DNA from: Candidatus Methylomirabilia bacterium
GTDB lineage: Bacteria > Methylomirabilota > Methylomirabilia > Rokubacteriales > CSP1-6
Assembly: GCA_041496385.1 (NCBI GenBank)
Contig: JBGQEL010000026.1
Span: 1-45,384, forward strand
Reading direction: 5' to 3'
DNA: 45,384 nucleotides
Under the pieces are notes generated by a model. That model did not search any database. It was not told the origin of the DNA and was given only the letters and a program-made list of their open reading frames with translations. The position numbers and the translations under genes were made by a program. The number at the start of each line of letters is the position of its first letter. Positions within the stretch are counted from its first letter, which is position 1. This document shows, piece after piece, positions 15,013 through 23,802 of the stretch.

Positions 15013-15728
15013 GAGGCGTCCTCCGTGTGCAGCCGGTAGAGCCGGGCGATCTCGTCGGCGCCCATCGCGCCGCGGGGAGTGTCGAGCGCCAGCGTGCCGC
15101 CCGCGAGGATCGCGATCCGGTCGGCGACCGCGAGCTCACGGCCGAAGCTGTGCGTGGCCATCACGATCGCGCCGCCGCCGGCCTTGAACGACTCGAGGTA
15201 CTCCTCGAGCCATTTCTTGCCGCGCTGGTCGAGCCCCGCGAACGGCTCGTCGAGCAGGAGGACGCGCGGGCGGGTGAGCACGAAGCGCGCGAGTGAGAGC
15301 CGCCGCTTCATGCCCGCCGAGAACGTGCGCACCCGTTCTCCGGCGAAGCGCTCGAGCTCGACGGTGGCGAGCGCGCCGGCGAGCACGCCGCGGTCGGTCG
15401 CGAGCCCCGCGAACGCCGTCCAGAACGTCAGATTCTCGAGCGCGGTCAGATCCTCGTAGACGTAGGCGCCGTGCGCGACGAGGCCGATGTGGGGGCGCAC
15501 GCGCTCCGGCTCCCGGGCGCAGTCGTGCCCGAGGATCGTCGCGGCGCCGCGCGTCGGGCGCGCGAGCGTCGCCAGGATCCGGAGGAGCGTCGTCTTGCCC
15601 GCCCCGTTGGCGCCGAGCAGCGCGACCGCCTCGCCGCCGCGGACCGCGAGCGTGACACCGTCGAGGACGCGGTGGGCGCCGAAGGCCTTGCGGAGACCGG
15701 TGATGGAGACGACGGGCTCGGCGGTCAT
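15009..15728 (-). CDS. ccmA: Heme ABC exporter ATP-binding protein CcmA
   Basis: GANGAGKTT, FSAGMKRR, LLLDEPF. Confidence 0.92.
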   Translation of the reverse strand: MTAEPVVSITGLRKAFGAHRVLDGVTLAVRGGEAVALLGANGAGKTTLLRILATLARPTRGAATILGHDCAREPERVRPHIGLVAHGAYVYEDLTALENLTFWTAFAGLATDRGVLAGALATVELERFAGERVRTFSAGMKRRLSLARFVLTRPRVLLLDEPFAGLDQRGKKWLEEYLESFKAGGGAIVMATHSFGRELAVADRIAILAGGTLALDTPRGAMGADEIARLYRLHTEDAS

Positions 15729-15742
15729 GCTGAAACCGCTCA

Positions 15743-15771
15743 ATTGTCCCTTAGTGTCGCGACACGGTCAA
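15743..15771 (-). promoter_or_regulatory. Putative sigma70 promoter for ccmA with a palindrome in the spacer
   Basis: Minus strand TTGACC (15771-15766), 17 bp, GACAAT (15748-15743). GTGTCGCGACAC palindrome at 15754-15765. Confidence 0.55.
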
Positions 15772-16569
15772 GGAATGGACCCGCTCCTCGCGGGCGAGAT
15801 AGGCGAACACGAGCGTCAGCACCGCGATCATCTCGACCGCGCCGCCGAGCGCCCACATGATGATGCCACCCCACGCCTGGTCGTCGAGCGCGGCCGCGCC
15901 GCCACGCGCGTAGGCGGCGTAGAGGACGGTCGGACGCGACGCGAGCAGCAGGCCGAGCGCGCCGCCCTGGAAGGCCGCGAGGAGCAGGTACGCGATGCGC
16001 CAGCCGGGATGCGCTGGCGGCGCGACGCGGGGCGCGGGGTCCACGACGGGACACCAGAAGAGTGTCGCGCTCGCGAAGAAGGTGAGGTGCTGGAGGTCGT
16101 GCAGATGGTGACGGGAGAGCGCGGCATCGTAGAGCGCGGGCAGATGCCAGAGCCAGAGGACGAGGACGTGCGCGAGCCACGCCGTGGGCATCCGTGTGAG
16201 GAAGCGCCAGACCGATCGCGCGGGCGCGCCGGCGACGACGAGCCGGCCCGCGGCGGCCCGCGCCCGGGCGGGCAGAGCCCAGAGGAGGACCGGGAACGGA
16301 TCCGCCAGCAGCAGCAGCGGCGCCGCCACGGCGACGAGGAGCATGTGCTGGAGCATGTGGGCGGAGAAGCGCGCGTAGGCGAGGTCGTGGAGCGGCGAGA
16401 GGAGCGCGACCGCGAGCGCGGCCAGGGCTCCGTACGCGAGGACGAGCCGGCCGACGAGCCCCGCGCCGATCCCGGGCGCGCGGTGCGAGAGCCGGATCCA
16501 CCCCGCGCCGTAGAGAACGGCGAGCGTCGCGAGCGGCAGGACGATCTCCGGGCGTCGGCTCCAGGCCAC
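15751..16569 (-). CDS. Cytochrome c oxidase assembly factor, caa3-type CtaG family
   Basis: FSAHMLQHMLL, WLWHLPALYDAA, HDLQH, DDQAWGGIIMW. Confidence 0.88.
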   Translation of the reverse strand: MAWSRRPEIVLPLATLAVLYGAGWIRLSHRAPGIGAGLVGRLVLAYGALAALAVALLSPLHDLAYARFSAHMLQHMLLVAVAAPLLLLADPFPVLLWALPARARAAAGRLVVAGAPARSVWRFLTRMPTAWLAHVLVLWLWHLPALYDAALSRHHLHDLQHLTFFASATLFWCPVVDPAPRVAPPAHPGWRIAYLLLAAFQGGALGLLLASRPTVLYAAYARGGAAALDDQAWGGIIMWALGGAVEMIAVLTLVFAYLAREERVHSLTVSRH

Positions 16570-16579
16570 GGCCGGCGTC

Positions 16580-16684
16580 TCAGCGCAGGGCCAGGAGCCC
16601 CGAGAGCACGTTGTAGAGGAGGTCGAGCCCGAGGATCGCGAGATTCAGGATCGCGAGCGACGTCAGCGCGCGCTCGAGACTCAC
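16580..16684 (-). CDS. Small single-TM protein (34 aa), absent from the ORF track
   Basis: GTG..TGA: MSLERALTSLAILNLAILGLDLLYNVLSGLLALR; GAGG upstream; fills the gap inside the oxidase operon. Confidence 0.55.
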   Translation of the reverse strand: MSLERALTSLAILNLAILGLDLLYNVLSGLLALR

Positions 16685-16694
16685 CGCGGCCGCC

Positions 16695-16886
16695 TCACGG
16701 GCCCACCGCGAGGCCGGGGCCGAGGCCGCCCCAGTACGTGACGAGGTAGTAGACCCCCCAGGCCGCGAGCGCGATATAGACGACGATGAGCCAGCGGTTC
16801 ACGCGCCCGCGCCTGACCTGCAGCTCGCCCTGTGCGTATTCGTGGAGCTCGTCCTCGCGCCGCGCGCGCCCGCCCGGCTCAGTCAT
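16695..16886 (-). CDS. Stand-alone CcoP/FixP N-terminal-like membrane peptide (63 aa)
   Basis: HEY...VNRWLIVVYIALAAWGVYYL resembles the FixP N-terminal HEYDGI...PRWW...W...Y segment; no CxxCH. Confidence 0.6.
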   Translation of the reverse strand: MTEPGGRARREDELHEYAQGELQVRRGRVNRWLIVVYIALAAWGVYYLVTYWGGLGPGLAVGP

Positions 16887-17040
16887 GGTCCGGCTCCTCC
16901 TCCGCCGCGAGCACCTGACGCTTCACCGCTTCGGCATCCCGGAAGGCCCCGCTCGCCACGCCCCAGCAGAAGGCGCAGAGCGCGGCCAGCCCCATCAGGA
17001 CGGCGACCGCGAACTGGCCGAGCGTCAGATATTCGAGCAT
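16879..17040 (-). CDS. ccoS: CcoS/FixS-like cbb3 oxidase maturation protein (53 aa), absent from the ORF track
   Basis: MLEYLTLGQFAVAVLMGLAALCAFCWGVASGAFRDAEAVKRQVL... matches the CcoS pattern AFxWAVxSGQFxD. Confidence 0.7.
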   Translation of the reverse strand: MLEYLTLGQFAVAVLMGLAALCAFCWGVASGAFRDAEAVKRQVLAAEEEPDHD

Positions 17041-17044
17041 CGCC

Positions 17045-18712
17045 TCACTCCGTGATCCCCGGATAGCGCGTCTTGCGCCGGCCGCCGTCGGTCCTGGCGA
17101 CGCCGTCCCCGAGCGTGAGGGGATCGAGCGCGGCGCGCGGGTGGCCGGCGGGCGCGCCGTTCAGCGCCGCCTTCGCCGCCGGCGAGAGCGTGAGCTTCTC
17201 CCCCGTCAGCGGATCACCCCAGGCCGACAACGACAGCACGTGGTAGGCCAGCGCCCAGCGGTCCTCCGCGGGGAGCGCGTCGGCGAACGAGGGCATCGGC
17301 GTGCCGTCGAGCCCCGTGGTGATCGCGCGGAAGACGTCGGCGACGCTCGCGCCGCCCTTGAGCCGGCCGCGAACGAAATCGGTCGGGCGATTCGGAAGGT
17401 CGTGGTCGTCCTTGAGCTGGGCCGCCGACGGCCCGTCGCCCCGGCCCGACTCGCCGTGGCACTCCCAGCACTTCGCGCTCGTGTAGAGCGTCGTGCCGCG
17501 CGCGAGGAGCGCGGGCGTCGCGCGCGGCGGCGCACCGGGCACGAGAACGGGCTCGGCCGGCTCCTCGGTCCAGCGTGGCGAGAGGCTCTTCACGTAGGCG
17601 ACGAGCGCCAGACGCTCGCGCTCGGGCAGGTCGTGCCACGGGGGCATCGCGGTCCAGCGGACGCCGCGCGTGAGCGTGCGGAAGAGGTCGCCGTCGGTGG
17701 GCAGCGCGCCGGACGGCGTCGAGCGGAACTTGAACACCGCCGCGGTGAAATCGCGCGGCCGCGGCGAGAGGAAGGTCGCCGCAGGGCCGTTGCCGTCGCC
17801 GCGGACGCCGTGGCAGCCGGCGCAGTGATCGCCGTACGCGTCGCGCCCGCGATCGACCAGGTCCCCGCTCGCCGGAAGCGTCATGGCCGCGACGGCGACG
17901 TTCTGCGGCTCGAAGACCTCGCGCCAGGCGCCGCGGCTCATGCCGAGCTTCTGGACGTAGCGCACCAGCCCGACGAGCTCGGGCGTCGGGACCAGCAGCC
18001 TGAGGGCGGAGACCCCCGGCGCGCTCGCCGAGGGCGGCAGCCCGGGGACGCCGCCACGGACGTCGAGCACGGGCACGCCGTCGAGCGGGAACGCGCCCGC
18101 CTCGGGGGGACGCACGAAGGCGACGCCGTCGGCGTTCGGGAACAGGACGATCGGTCGCTCCCCGCGCAACGTGAAGTAGCGCCGGAGCCCGGCGGTCGCT
18201 CGGAGCGCCGGCACGCCGTCCCGGACGTCGACGGGCACCACGACCTGCTCGAAGAGCCAGGGGAAGCTCGGCATGATCGATTCCGGCTGGAGCATCCGCG
18301 GGTCCCAGAAGTGGGCGTAGTGCCAGTCGTCGTCGTACTTGCCGCCGATCCGCGTCAGGTCGGGCCCGATCCGCCGCGTGCCGAAGAGGTGCGGCTGGTC
18401 GTAGGCGTACTCGCCGGCCTCGGAGACCGGGCCCCAGCGGAAGTCTTCACCGGCGACCGGACGCACGTACTGGCTGTGGCAGTACCAGCACCCTTCCCGG
18501 ATGTAGACGCCGCGGCCGAGCCGCTCGAGCGCGGTGTAGTCGGTGGCGTCGTAGCGCACCCACTTGACGTCGCCGAGCTCGGTCCGCACCGCGCGCGAGA
18601 CCCGCGTCGTCCGCGATTCGGGGATGAGCGAGGGCAGCACGCCCTGCACGAACATGGCGAGCGTGACGAAGAAGAAGCCCGCGCCCGCCGCGATGGCGCT
18701 GGCGGATTTCAT
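17045..18712 (-). CDS. ccoO: cbb3-type oxidase subunit II (CcoO) fused to two extra cytochrome c domains (three hemes)
   Basis: GRGVYIREGCWYCHSQYVRP, GTRRIGPDL, SIMPSFPWL, then CAGCH and CWECH domains. ATGA overlap with the ccoN stop. Confidence 0.88.
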   Translation of the reverse strand: MKSASAIAAGAGFFFVTLAMFVQGVLPSLIPESRTTRVSRAVRTELGDVKWVRYDATDYTALERLGRGVYIREGCWYCHSQYVRPVAGEDFRWGPVSEAGEYAYDQPHLFGTRRIGPDLTRIGGKYDDDWHYAHFWDPRMLQPESIMPSFPWLFEQVVVPVDVRDGVPALRATAGLRRYFTLRGERPIVLFPNADGVAFVRPPEAGAFPLDGVPVLDVRGGVPGLPPSASAPGVSALRLLVPTPELVGLVRYVQKLGMSRGAWREVFEPQNVAVAAMTLPASGDLVDRGRDAYGDHCAGCHGVRGDGNGPAATFLSPRPRDFTAAVFKFRSTPSGALPTDGDLFRTLTRGVRWTAMPPWHDLPERERLALVAYVKSLSPRWTEEPAEPVLVPGAPPRATPALLARGTTLYTSAKCWECHGESGRGDGPSAAQLKDDHDLPNRPTDFVRGRLKGGASVADVFRAITTGLDGTPMPSFADALPAEDRWALAYHVLSLSAWGDPLTGEKLTLSPAAKAALNGAPAGHPRAALDPLTLGDGVARTDGGRRKTRYPGITE

Positions 18713-20067
18713 GCCGCGCGCCCGGCGCGCGCGCCGCGCATCAGGGTGATGACGAGGAGCGACATGCCGACGTCCATCGAGATGCCGGCCAGCGTGCGGA
18801 GCCACCAGGAGGGCCGCATCGCGGCGACGGTGTCGAGCCACGCCGCGCCCGCCATGAGCATGTAGCCCTGTTGGAGGCCCTGCGCGGCCAGGATCAGGCT
18901 CATCGCCGAGATCCCGAGCGTGATCAGCCAGAAGCCCCAGTTGCCGAGGCGGAAGCTCGCGAGCGGCGCGCCGCTGACCCGGGGCCAGACGTAGAGCGTG
19001 CCCGCGAGCGCCCAGAGGATGAAGGTGCCGAACACGGTGATGTGGGAATGCGCCACGACGAAGTCCGTGAAGTGCGTGGGCTCCTGCAGGGAGCGCAGGG
19101 CCTGGAGCGCGCCCTGGGTGCAGCCGATCAGGTACATGATCGAGCCGACGATCAGGAACTTGGCGGGGAGGTTGCCGCCGAACTCCGCCCAGCGCCCGAC
19201 CATCGTGCCGAAGAAGTTCTGAAGCACGGTCCACACGGGGATGATCAGCATCATCGAGGAGACGATCGCGATGGTCTCCGCCCAGTCGGCGATCGGCGAA
19301 TAGAGATAGTGGTGGATGCCGACGAACGGGTAGAAGAACGCGAGGGACCAGAAGCCGATCAGCGAGAGCTTGTGGCTGTAGATCGGGTTCCGGACGCTCG
19401 CCGGCAGGAAGTAGTAGATCAGCACGTAGCCCGCCGGCGTGATCCAGAGCCCGACGACGTAGTGGATGAAGAGCCCGTGCCAGGCGGCGTTGTTGATGCC
19501 AGGGATGTGGCCGGGGCCGAGGATCAACAGGACGAGGTTCGCGTCCGTCCAGACGAGCGCGGCGATGAGGTACCAGAGCGAGACGTAGAGCGGCGGCTCG
19601 CGGCGCCGGGCGATCGTCAGCAGACACTGCGCGGTGAAGACGAGCAGCGCGCCGAAGATCACGAGCACGTTGACGAGCGGGAACTCGCCCGCCTCCCAGC
19701 CGCGGTTCCAGCCGAGCGCGATCAGGGCCGCGGAGGCGACCAGGTTCAGGTTCCAGCTCCAGAGCAGGAGCGGCGACCAGCGCCCGCCGGCGAGCGGGAC
19801 GCCGCAGAGGCGCGGGACGATCCAGTGGCAGAGGCCGATGAACAGCGTCGAGAACGCGCCCCAGATGACGCCGTTCACGTGGAGCGGCCGGAGGCGCCCG
19901 AAGGAGAGCCAGGAGACGCCGCCGAGGAAGTCGGGCGCGTTGAACTTGGTCGAGACGAGCGCGCCGATCGTCGGAAAGACGAGGAGCCAGACGAGCCCCC
20001 AGCCCAGCCAGTTCCGGATCAGCGCGCGATCGACGAGCTCGTCGTTCGAGGGGTGCGAAGGAGCCAG
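18709..20067 (-). CDS. ccoN: cbb3-type (C-family heme-copper) oxidase subunit I; start uncertain (CTG proposed)
   Basis: FGRLRPLHVN, FIHYVVGLW, YSHKLSLIGFWSLAFFYPFVGIHH, VAHSH: six His ligands and the helix-VII Tyr are present. Confidence 0.88.
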   Translation of the reverse strand: MAPSHPSNDELVDRALIRNWLGWGLVWLLVFPTIGALVSTKFNAPDFLGGVSWLSFGRLRPLHVNGVIWGAFSTLFIGLCHWIVPRLCGVPLAGGRWSPLLLWSWNLNLVASAALIALGWNRGWEAGEFPLVNVLVIFGALLVFTAQCLLTIARRREPPLYVSLWYLIAALVWTDANLVLLILGPGHIPGINNAAWHGLFIHYVVGLWITPAGYVLIYYFLPASVRNPIYSHKLSLIGFWSLAFFYPFVGIHHYLYSPIADWAETIAIVSSMMLIIPVWTVLQNFFGTMVGRWAEFGGNLPAKFLIVGSIMYLIGCTQGALQALRSLQEPTHFTDFVVAHSHITVFGTFILWALAGTLYVWPRVSGAPLASFRLGNWGFWLITLGISAMSLILAAQGLQQGYMLMAGAAWLDTVAAMRPSWWLRTLAGISMDVGMSLLVITLMRGARAGRAA

Positions 20068-20073
20068 AGGACG

Positions 20074-20922
20074 CTACGTCCGCATCGCGCGAAGCCGGGC
20101 GATCCGCTCCTCGAGGGGCGGGTGCGTCGAGAAGAGGCGCATCAGCACGTTGCCACTCAGCGGATTGACGATGAAGAGGTGCGCCGTCGAGGGGTTCACC
20201 GCCATGGGCACCGCCTCGTTCGCCATCTGGAGCTTCTCGAGCGCCTTCGCGAGGCCCCAGGGCTTGCCGGCCATCCTGGCGCCCGCCGCATCCGCCTGGA
20301 ATTCCCGGGCGCGCGAGACCGCGAGCTGCACGAGCATCGCGGCGATCGGCGCCAGCACCGCCATCAGGATCAGCGCGATCGGGTTTCCGCCCCGGTCCTC
20401 GTCGTCGCCGGAGCGCCCGCCGAACATGGCCGCCCACTGCGCCATGTGCGCGAGGTAGGTGATGGCGCCCGCGAGCGTCGCCGCGATCGTCGAGATGAGC
20501 ACGTCGCGGTTCTTCACGTGCGAGAGCTCGTGCGCGAGCACGCCCTCGAGCTCCTCCTCGTCGAGGATCCGGAGGATGCCCTCGGTCACGGCGACCGCGG
20601 CGTGGCTCGGGTTGCGCCCGGTCGCGAACGCGTTCGGCGTATCGGTCGGGATGAGGTAGACCGGCGGCATCGGGATGCCCGCGCGCGTCGTGAGCCGGCG
20701 GAGGATCGCGTGGAGGACCGGCGCCTGGGCCTCCTCGATCCGCTGCGCGCCGTACATGGCGAGCACGATCTTGTCGGAGAACCAGTAGCTGAAGAAGTTC
20801 ATGAGGAGCGCCAGCACAAACGCGACGAGCATGCCCTGGCGGCCGCCGAACGCGCCGCCGAGCAGCACCAGCATCGCCGTGAGCACGGCGAGGAGCATCG
20901 CGGTCTTGAAAATGTTCGACAT
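20074..20922 (-). CDS. htpX: Membrane zinc metalloprotease HtpX
   Basis: [30 protein letters not shown]. Confidence 0.96.
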   Translation of the reverse strand: MSNIFKTAMLLAVLTAMLVLLGGAFGGRQGMLVAFVLALLMNFFSYWFSDKIVLAMYGAQRIEEAQAPVLHAILRRLTTRAGIPMPPVYLIPTDTPNAFATGRNPSHAAVAVTEGILRILDEEELEGVLAHELSHVKNRDVLISTIAATLAGAITYLAHMAQWAAMFGGRSGDDEDRGGNPIALILMAVLAPIAAMLVQLAVSRAREFQADAAGARMAGKPWGLAKALEKLQMANEAVPMAVNPSTAHLFIVNPLSGNVLMRLFSTHPPLEERIARLRAMRT

Positions 20923-20928
20923 GGCTGA

Positions 20929-20957
20929 AGGGTAACAAAGGGGCCCCGGGCGGTCAA
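20929..20957 (-). promoter_or_regulatory. Putative sigma70 promoter for a leaderless htpX transcript
   Basis: Minus strand TTGACC (20957-20952), 17 bp, TACCCT (20934-20929) preceded by TGT; ATG follows after 6 nt. Confidence 0.6.
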
Positions 20958-20962
20958 ATGCC

Positions 20963-20991
20963 TTGACTTGCTAGATCGGCGCCGATATACT
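20963..20991 (+). promoter_or_regulatory. sigma70 promoter of the yceD-rpmF-plsX-fab operon
   Basis: TTGACT, 17 bp, TATACT. Confidence 0.8.
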
Positions 20992-21038
20992 GGCCGCGAT
21001 TCGTGAAAAACTCGTTTATTGATAGAGATTTAGCGATC

Positions 21039-21545
21039 ATGATCATCAAGGTGTCCGACATCCGGGAAGAGGGCGTGACGGTCGACGATGCGGCCGCCAT
21101 CGGCCCGTTCGCCGACCCCGCGTGGCGGCTCGACGCCGTCCGGCTCCGCGTCCAATGCGACGACCGTGACCTGCTCATGTCGGGCGAGATCCGCGCGACG
21201 GTGCCGCGGGTCTGCGGTCGCTGCCTCGAGCCGTTCCCCGTCGCCGTGCACGCCGACGTGGACGTTCGCGTGATCCCGCGCCCGGCGACGGCGGACAACA
21301 TCGAGCTCGCCCCCGACGATCTGGACGTCGACTTCTACCAGAACGACGAGCTCGACGTCTCGGCGCTCGTCGAGGCGGAGACGGGGCTCGCGCTCCCGAT
21401 GAAGCCCCTCTGCCGCGATGACTGTCGGGGGCTCTGCCCCGTCTGTGGCGGCAACCGCAACGTCGTCGCCTGCGCGTGCGGCGATCGCGCGCCGGACCCG
21501 CGGCTGACCGTCCTCAAGGACCTGGTCGCGCGACCCTCACACTAG
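21039..21545 (+). CDS. yceD: YceD / DUF177 family protein
   Basis: CGRCLE and PMKPLCRDDCRGLCPVCG...DPRL; directly upstream of rpmF. Confidence 0.9.
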   Translation: MIIKVSDIREEGVTVDDAAAIGPFADPAWRLDAVRLRVQCDDRDLLMSGEIRATVPRVCGRCLEPFPVAVHADVDVRVIPRPATADNIELAPDDLDVDFYQNDELDVSALVEAETGLALPMKPLCRDDCRGLCPVCGGNRNVVACACGDRAPDPRLTVLKDLVARPSH

Positions 21546-21559
21546 AAGGGAACACGCCA

Positions 21560-21742
21560 ATGCCGCTGCCGAAGCGACGCCACTCGAAGACGCGCGGGCG
21601 CAAGCGCCGGACGCACTACGTGCTGTTCGCGCCGGCGCGCTCGCTCTGCCCCCAGTGTCGTGAGGTCAAGCTCCCGCACCGGGTCTGCCCGCACTGCGGA
21701 TACTACAAGGGCCGGGAGATCGTCGCCGTCGAAGGGTCGTAA
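21560..21742 (+). CDS. rpmF: 50S ribosomal protein L32
   Basis: MPLPKRRHSKTR...CPQC...PHRVCPHCGYYKG. Confidence 0.96.
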   Translation: MPLPKRRHSKTRGRKRRTHYVLFAPARSLCPQCREVKLPHRVCPHCGYYKGREIVAVEGS

Positions 21743-21762
21743 GCGTTCCGGCGCCAGGCGCG

Positions 21763-22785
21763 ATGAAGATCGCCGTTGACGCCATGGGTGGCGACCACGG
21801 TCCGGCCGTCGTGGTGGAGGGAGCGGTCGCCGCGGTGCGGGAGTTCGGCGCCTCCGTCATCCTGGTCGGCGACCGGGCGGCGATCGAGCGCGAGGTCCTC
21901 CGTCTCCAGGCCCAGAGCCTCGGCGTCGAGATCTGCCACGCCTCGCAGGTCGTCGGGATGGCCGAGAGCCCGTCGCACGCGCTCCGGCGCAAGCGCGACT
22001 CCTCGCTGAAGGTCGCCGCCGAGCTCGTCAAGGACGGCAAGGCGGCCGGCTTCATCTCGGCCGGCAACACCGGCGCCGCGATGGCGATCTCGATGTTCGT
22101 CATCGGCGTCCTAACCGGCGTGGATCGCCCCGCCATCGCCGCGGTGCTCCCGAACCTCCGGAAGTTCACGATCCTCCTCGACGCCGGCGCCAACGTGGAC
22201 CCGAAGCCCTGGCACCTCCTCCAGTTCGCCGTCATGGGCCACGTCTACGCGCGCGACATTCTCGGCCTCGACAACCCGCGCGTGGGGCTCCTCTCCGTCG
22301 GCGAGGAGGAGGGCAAGGGGAACGAGCTCACCAAGGAGGCCTACGAGCTGCTCAAGGGGTCGTCGCTGAACTTCGCCGGCAACGTCGAGGGGCGCGACAT
22401 CTACAACGGACGCTGCGACGTCGTGGTGACCGACGGCTTCACCGGCAACGTGGCGCTCAAGATCTCGGAGAGCCTCGCCGACATGCTGGGCAGCATGATC
22501 CGGGAGGAGCTCACGCGCGACACGCGCTCGAAGATCGGCGCCGCGCTGGCGCTGCCCGCGTTCGAGCGCTTCCGCCGCCGGATCGACTACACGGAAGTGG
22601 GTGGCGCGCCGCTGCTCGGCATTGACGGCGCCGCGATCATCTGTCACGGTGCTTCGCCGGTGAAGGCGATCAAGAACGCGGTGCGCGTGGCACGCGAGTG
22701 GGCCAGCGCCGGTCTCAACGAGCACGTCAAGGCCGCGCTCGAGGCGGAGGTCGCGCGGGGGGGCCGGGAGGGAGGCCGCGAATGA
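21763..22785 (+). CDS. plsX: Phosphate acyltransferase PlsX
   Basis: IAVDAMGGDHGP, SAGNTGA, DGFTGNVALK. Confidence 0.97.
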   Translation: MKIAVDAMGGDHGPAVVVEGAVAAVREFGASVILVGDRAAIEREVLRLQAQSLGVEICHASQVVGMAESPSHALRRKRDSSLKVAAELVKDGKAAGFISAGNTGAAMAISMFVIGVLTGVDRPAIAAVLPNLRKFTILLDAGANVDPKPWHLLQFAVMGHVYARDILGLDNPRVGLLSVGEEEGKGNELTKEAYELLKGSSLNFAGNVEGRDIYNGRCDVVVTDGFTGNVALKISESLADMLGSMIREELTRDTRSKIGAALALPAFERFRRRIDYTEVGGAPLLGIDGAAIICHGASPVKAIKNAVRVAREWASAGLNEHVKAALEAEVARGGREGGRE

Positions 22786-23762
22786 CGCGAGCGAGGATCA
22801 TCGGGGTCGGCGCGTACGCGCCCAAGCGGGTCGTGACCAACGCCGACCTCGAGAAGATGGTCGCGACGAACGACGCGTGGATCGTCCAGCGTAGCGGTAT
22901 CCGCGAGCGCCACATCGCCGACGAGACCGAGGCGACCTCCGATCTCGCGTTCAAGGCCGCCCAGCAGGCGCTCGAGCGCGCGAACCTCGTCCCCGAGGAC
23001 ATCGAATTCATCGCGGTGGGGACGACGACGCCGGACATGATCTTCCCGACCGTCGGCAACATCGTCCAGCACCGCCTGGGCTGCGGCCGCGCCGGCTCGG
23101 TGGACCTGCTCGCCGCCTGCGCGGGTTCCGTCTACAGCCTCGCGTTCGGCTCCCAGCTCATCCAGACCGGCAAGTACCGCCGCGTCCTCTGCATCGGCGC
23201 CGAGACGCTCTCGAAGATCACCGACTGGACCGACCGCGGCACGTGCGTACTCCTGGCGGACGCGGCGGGCGCGGCGGTGCTCGAGGCCTACGAGGGCGAC
23301 CGCGGCATCCTCGACTTCGACCTCTACTCGGACGGCCAGTACTGGGACCTGCTCTACATGCCGGGCGGGGGCTCGCGCAATCCCGCGACCCACGAGACGG
23401 TGGACGCCCGGATGCACTACGCCAAGATGAAGGGGAGCGAGGTCTTCAAGGTCGCCGTGCGCATGTTCGTGGACTGCGCCGAGCGGATCCTGACGCGCAA
23501 CGGGTTCACGCCGGACGACGTGAGCCTGTTCATCCCGCACCAGGCGAACCTCCGGATCATCGAGGCCGCCGCCAAGCGCGCCGGACTCCCGATGGAGCGT
23601 GTCTTCGTGAACGTGGACCGGTACGGCAACACCGGTGCCGCGTCCGTGTACGTCGCGCTCGAGGAGGCGGTGGCCGCGGGGCGGGTGAAGCCGGGCGATC
23701 TCATCCTGCTCGCGGCGTTCGGGGGCGGCTTCGCCTGGGGCGCGGCCCTGATTCGGTGGTAG
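22782..23762 (+). CDS. fabH: 3-oxoacyl-ACP synthase III
   Basis: AACAG, PHQANLRII, YGNTGAAS. Confidence 0.95.
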   Translation: MTRARIIGVGAYAPKRVVTNADLEKMVATNDAWIVQRSGIRERHIADETEATSDLAFKAAQQALERANLVPEDIEFIAVGTTTPDMIFPTVGNIVQHRLGCGRAGSVDLLAACAGSVYSLAFGSQLIQTGKYRRVLCIGAETLSKITDWTDRGTCVLLADAAGAAVLEAYEGDRGILDFDLYSDGQYWDLLYMPGGGSRNPATHETVDARMHYAKMKGSEVFKVAVRMFVDCAERILTRNGFTPDDVSLFIPHQANLRIIEAAAKRAGLPMERVFVNVDRYGNTGAASVYVALEEAVAAGRVKPGDLILLAAFGGGFAWGAALIRW

Positions 23763-23802
23763 CGCCCCCTCCATCCGAGGCGCGTGGCGGGCCGGCTCCG
23801 CG

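Noticed and set aside
20074..20076. Pyrrolysine decoding of the htpX amber codon
   Set aside because: No pyl genes in the window, TAG is used as an ordinary stop for many genes here, and htpX ends at its normal length.
17045..20938. 1297-aa ORF in the track
   Set aside because: Only the part from the ATG at 18712 is real (CcoO fusion). The upstream part is an Arg/Ala/Pro-rich off-frame shadow of ccoN and htpX, expected at this GC content.
20953..20967. GTCAA-N5-TTGAC as an FNR/CRP box
   Set aside because: Half-sites are in the wrong orientation for TTGAT-N4-ATCAA and are explained as back-to-back -35 elements of two divergent promoters.
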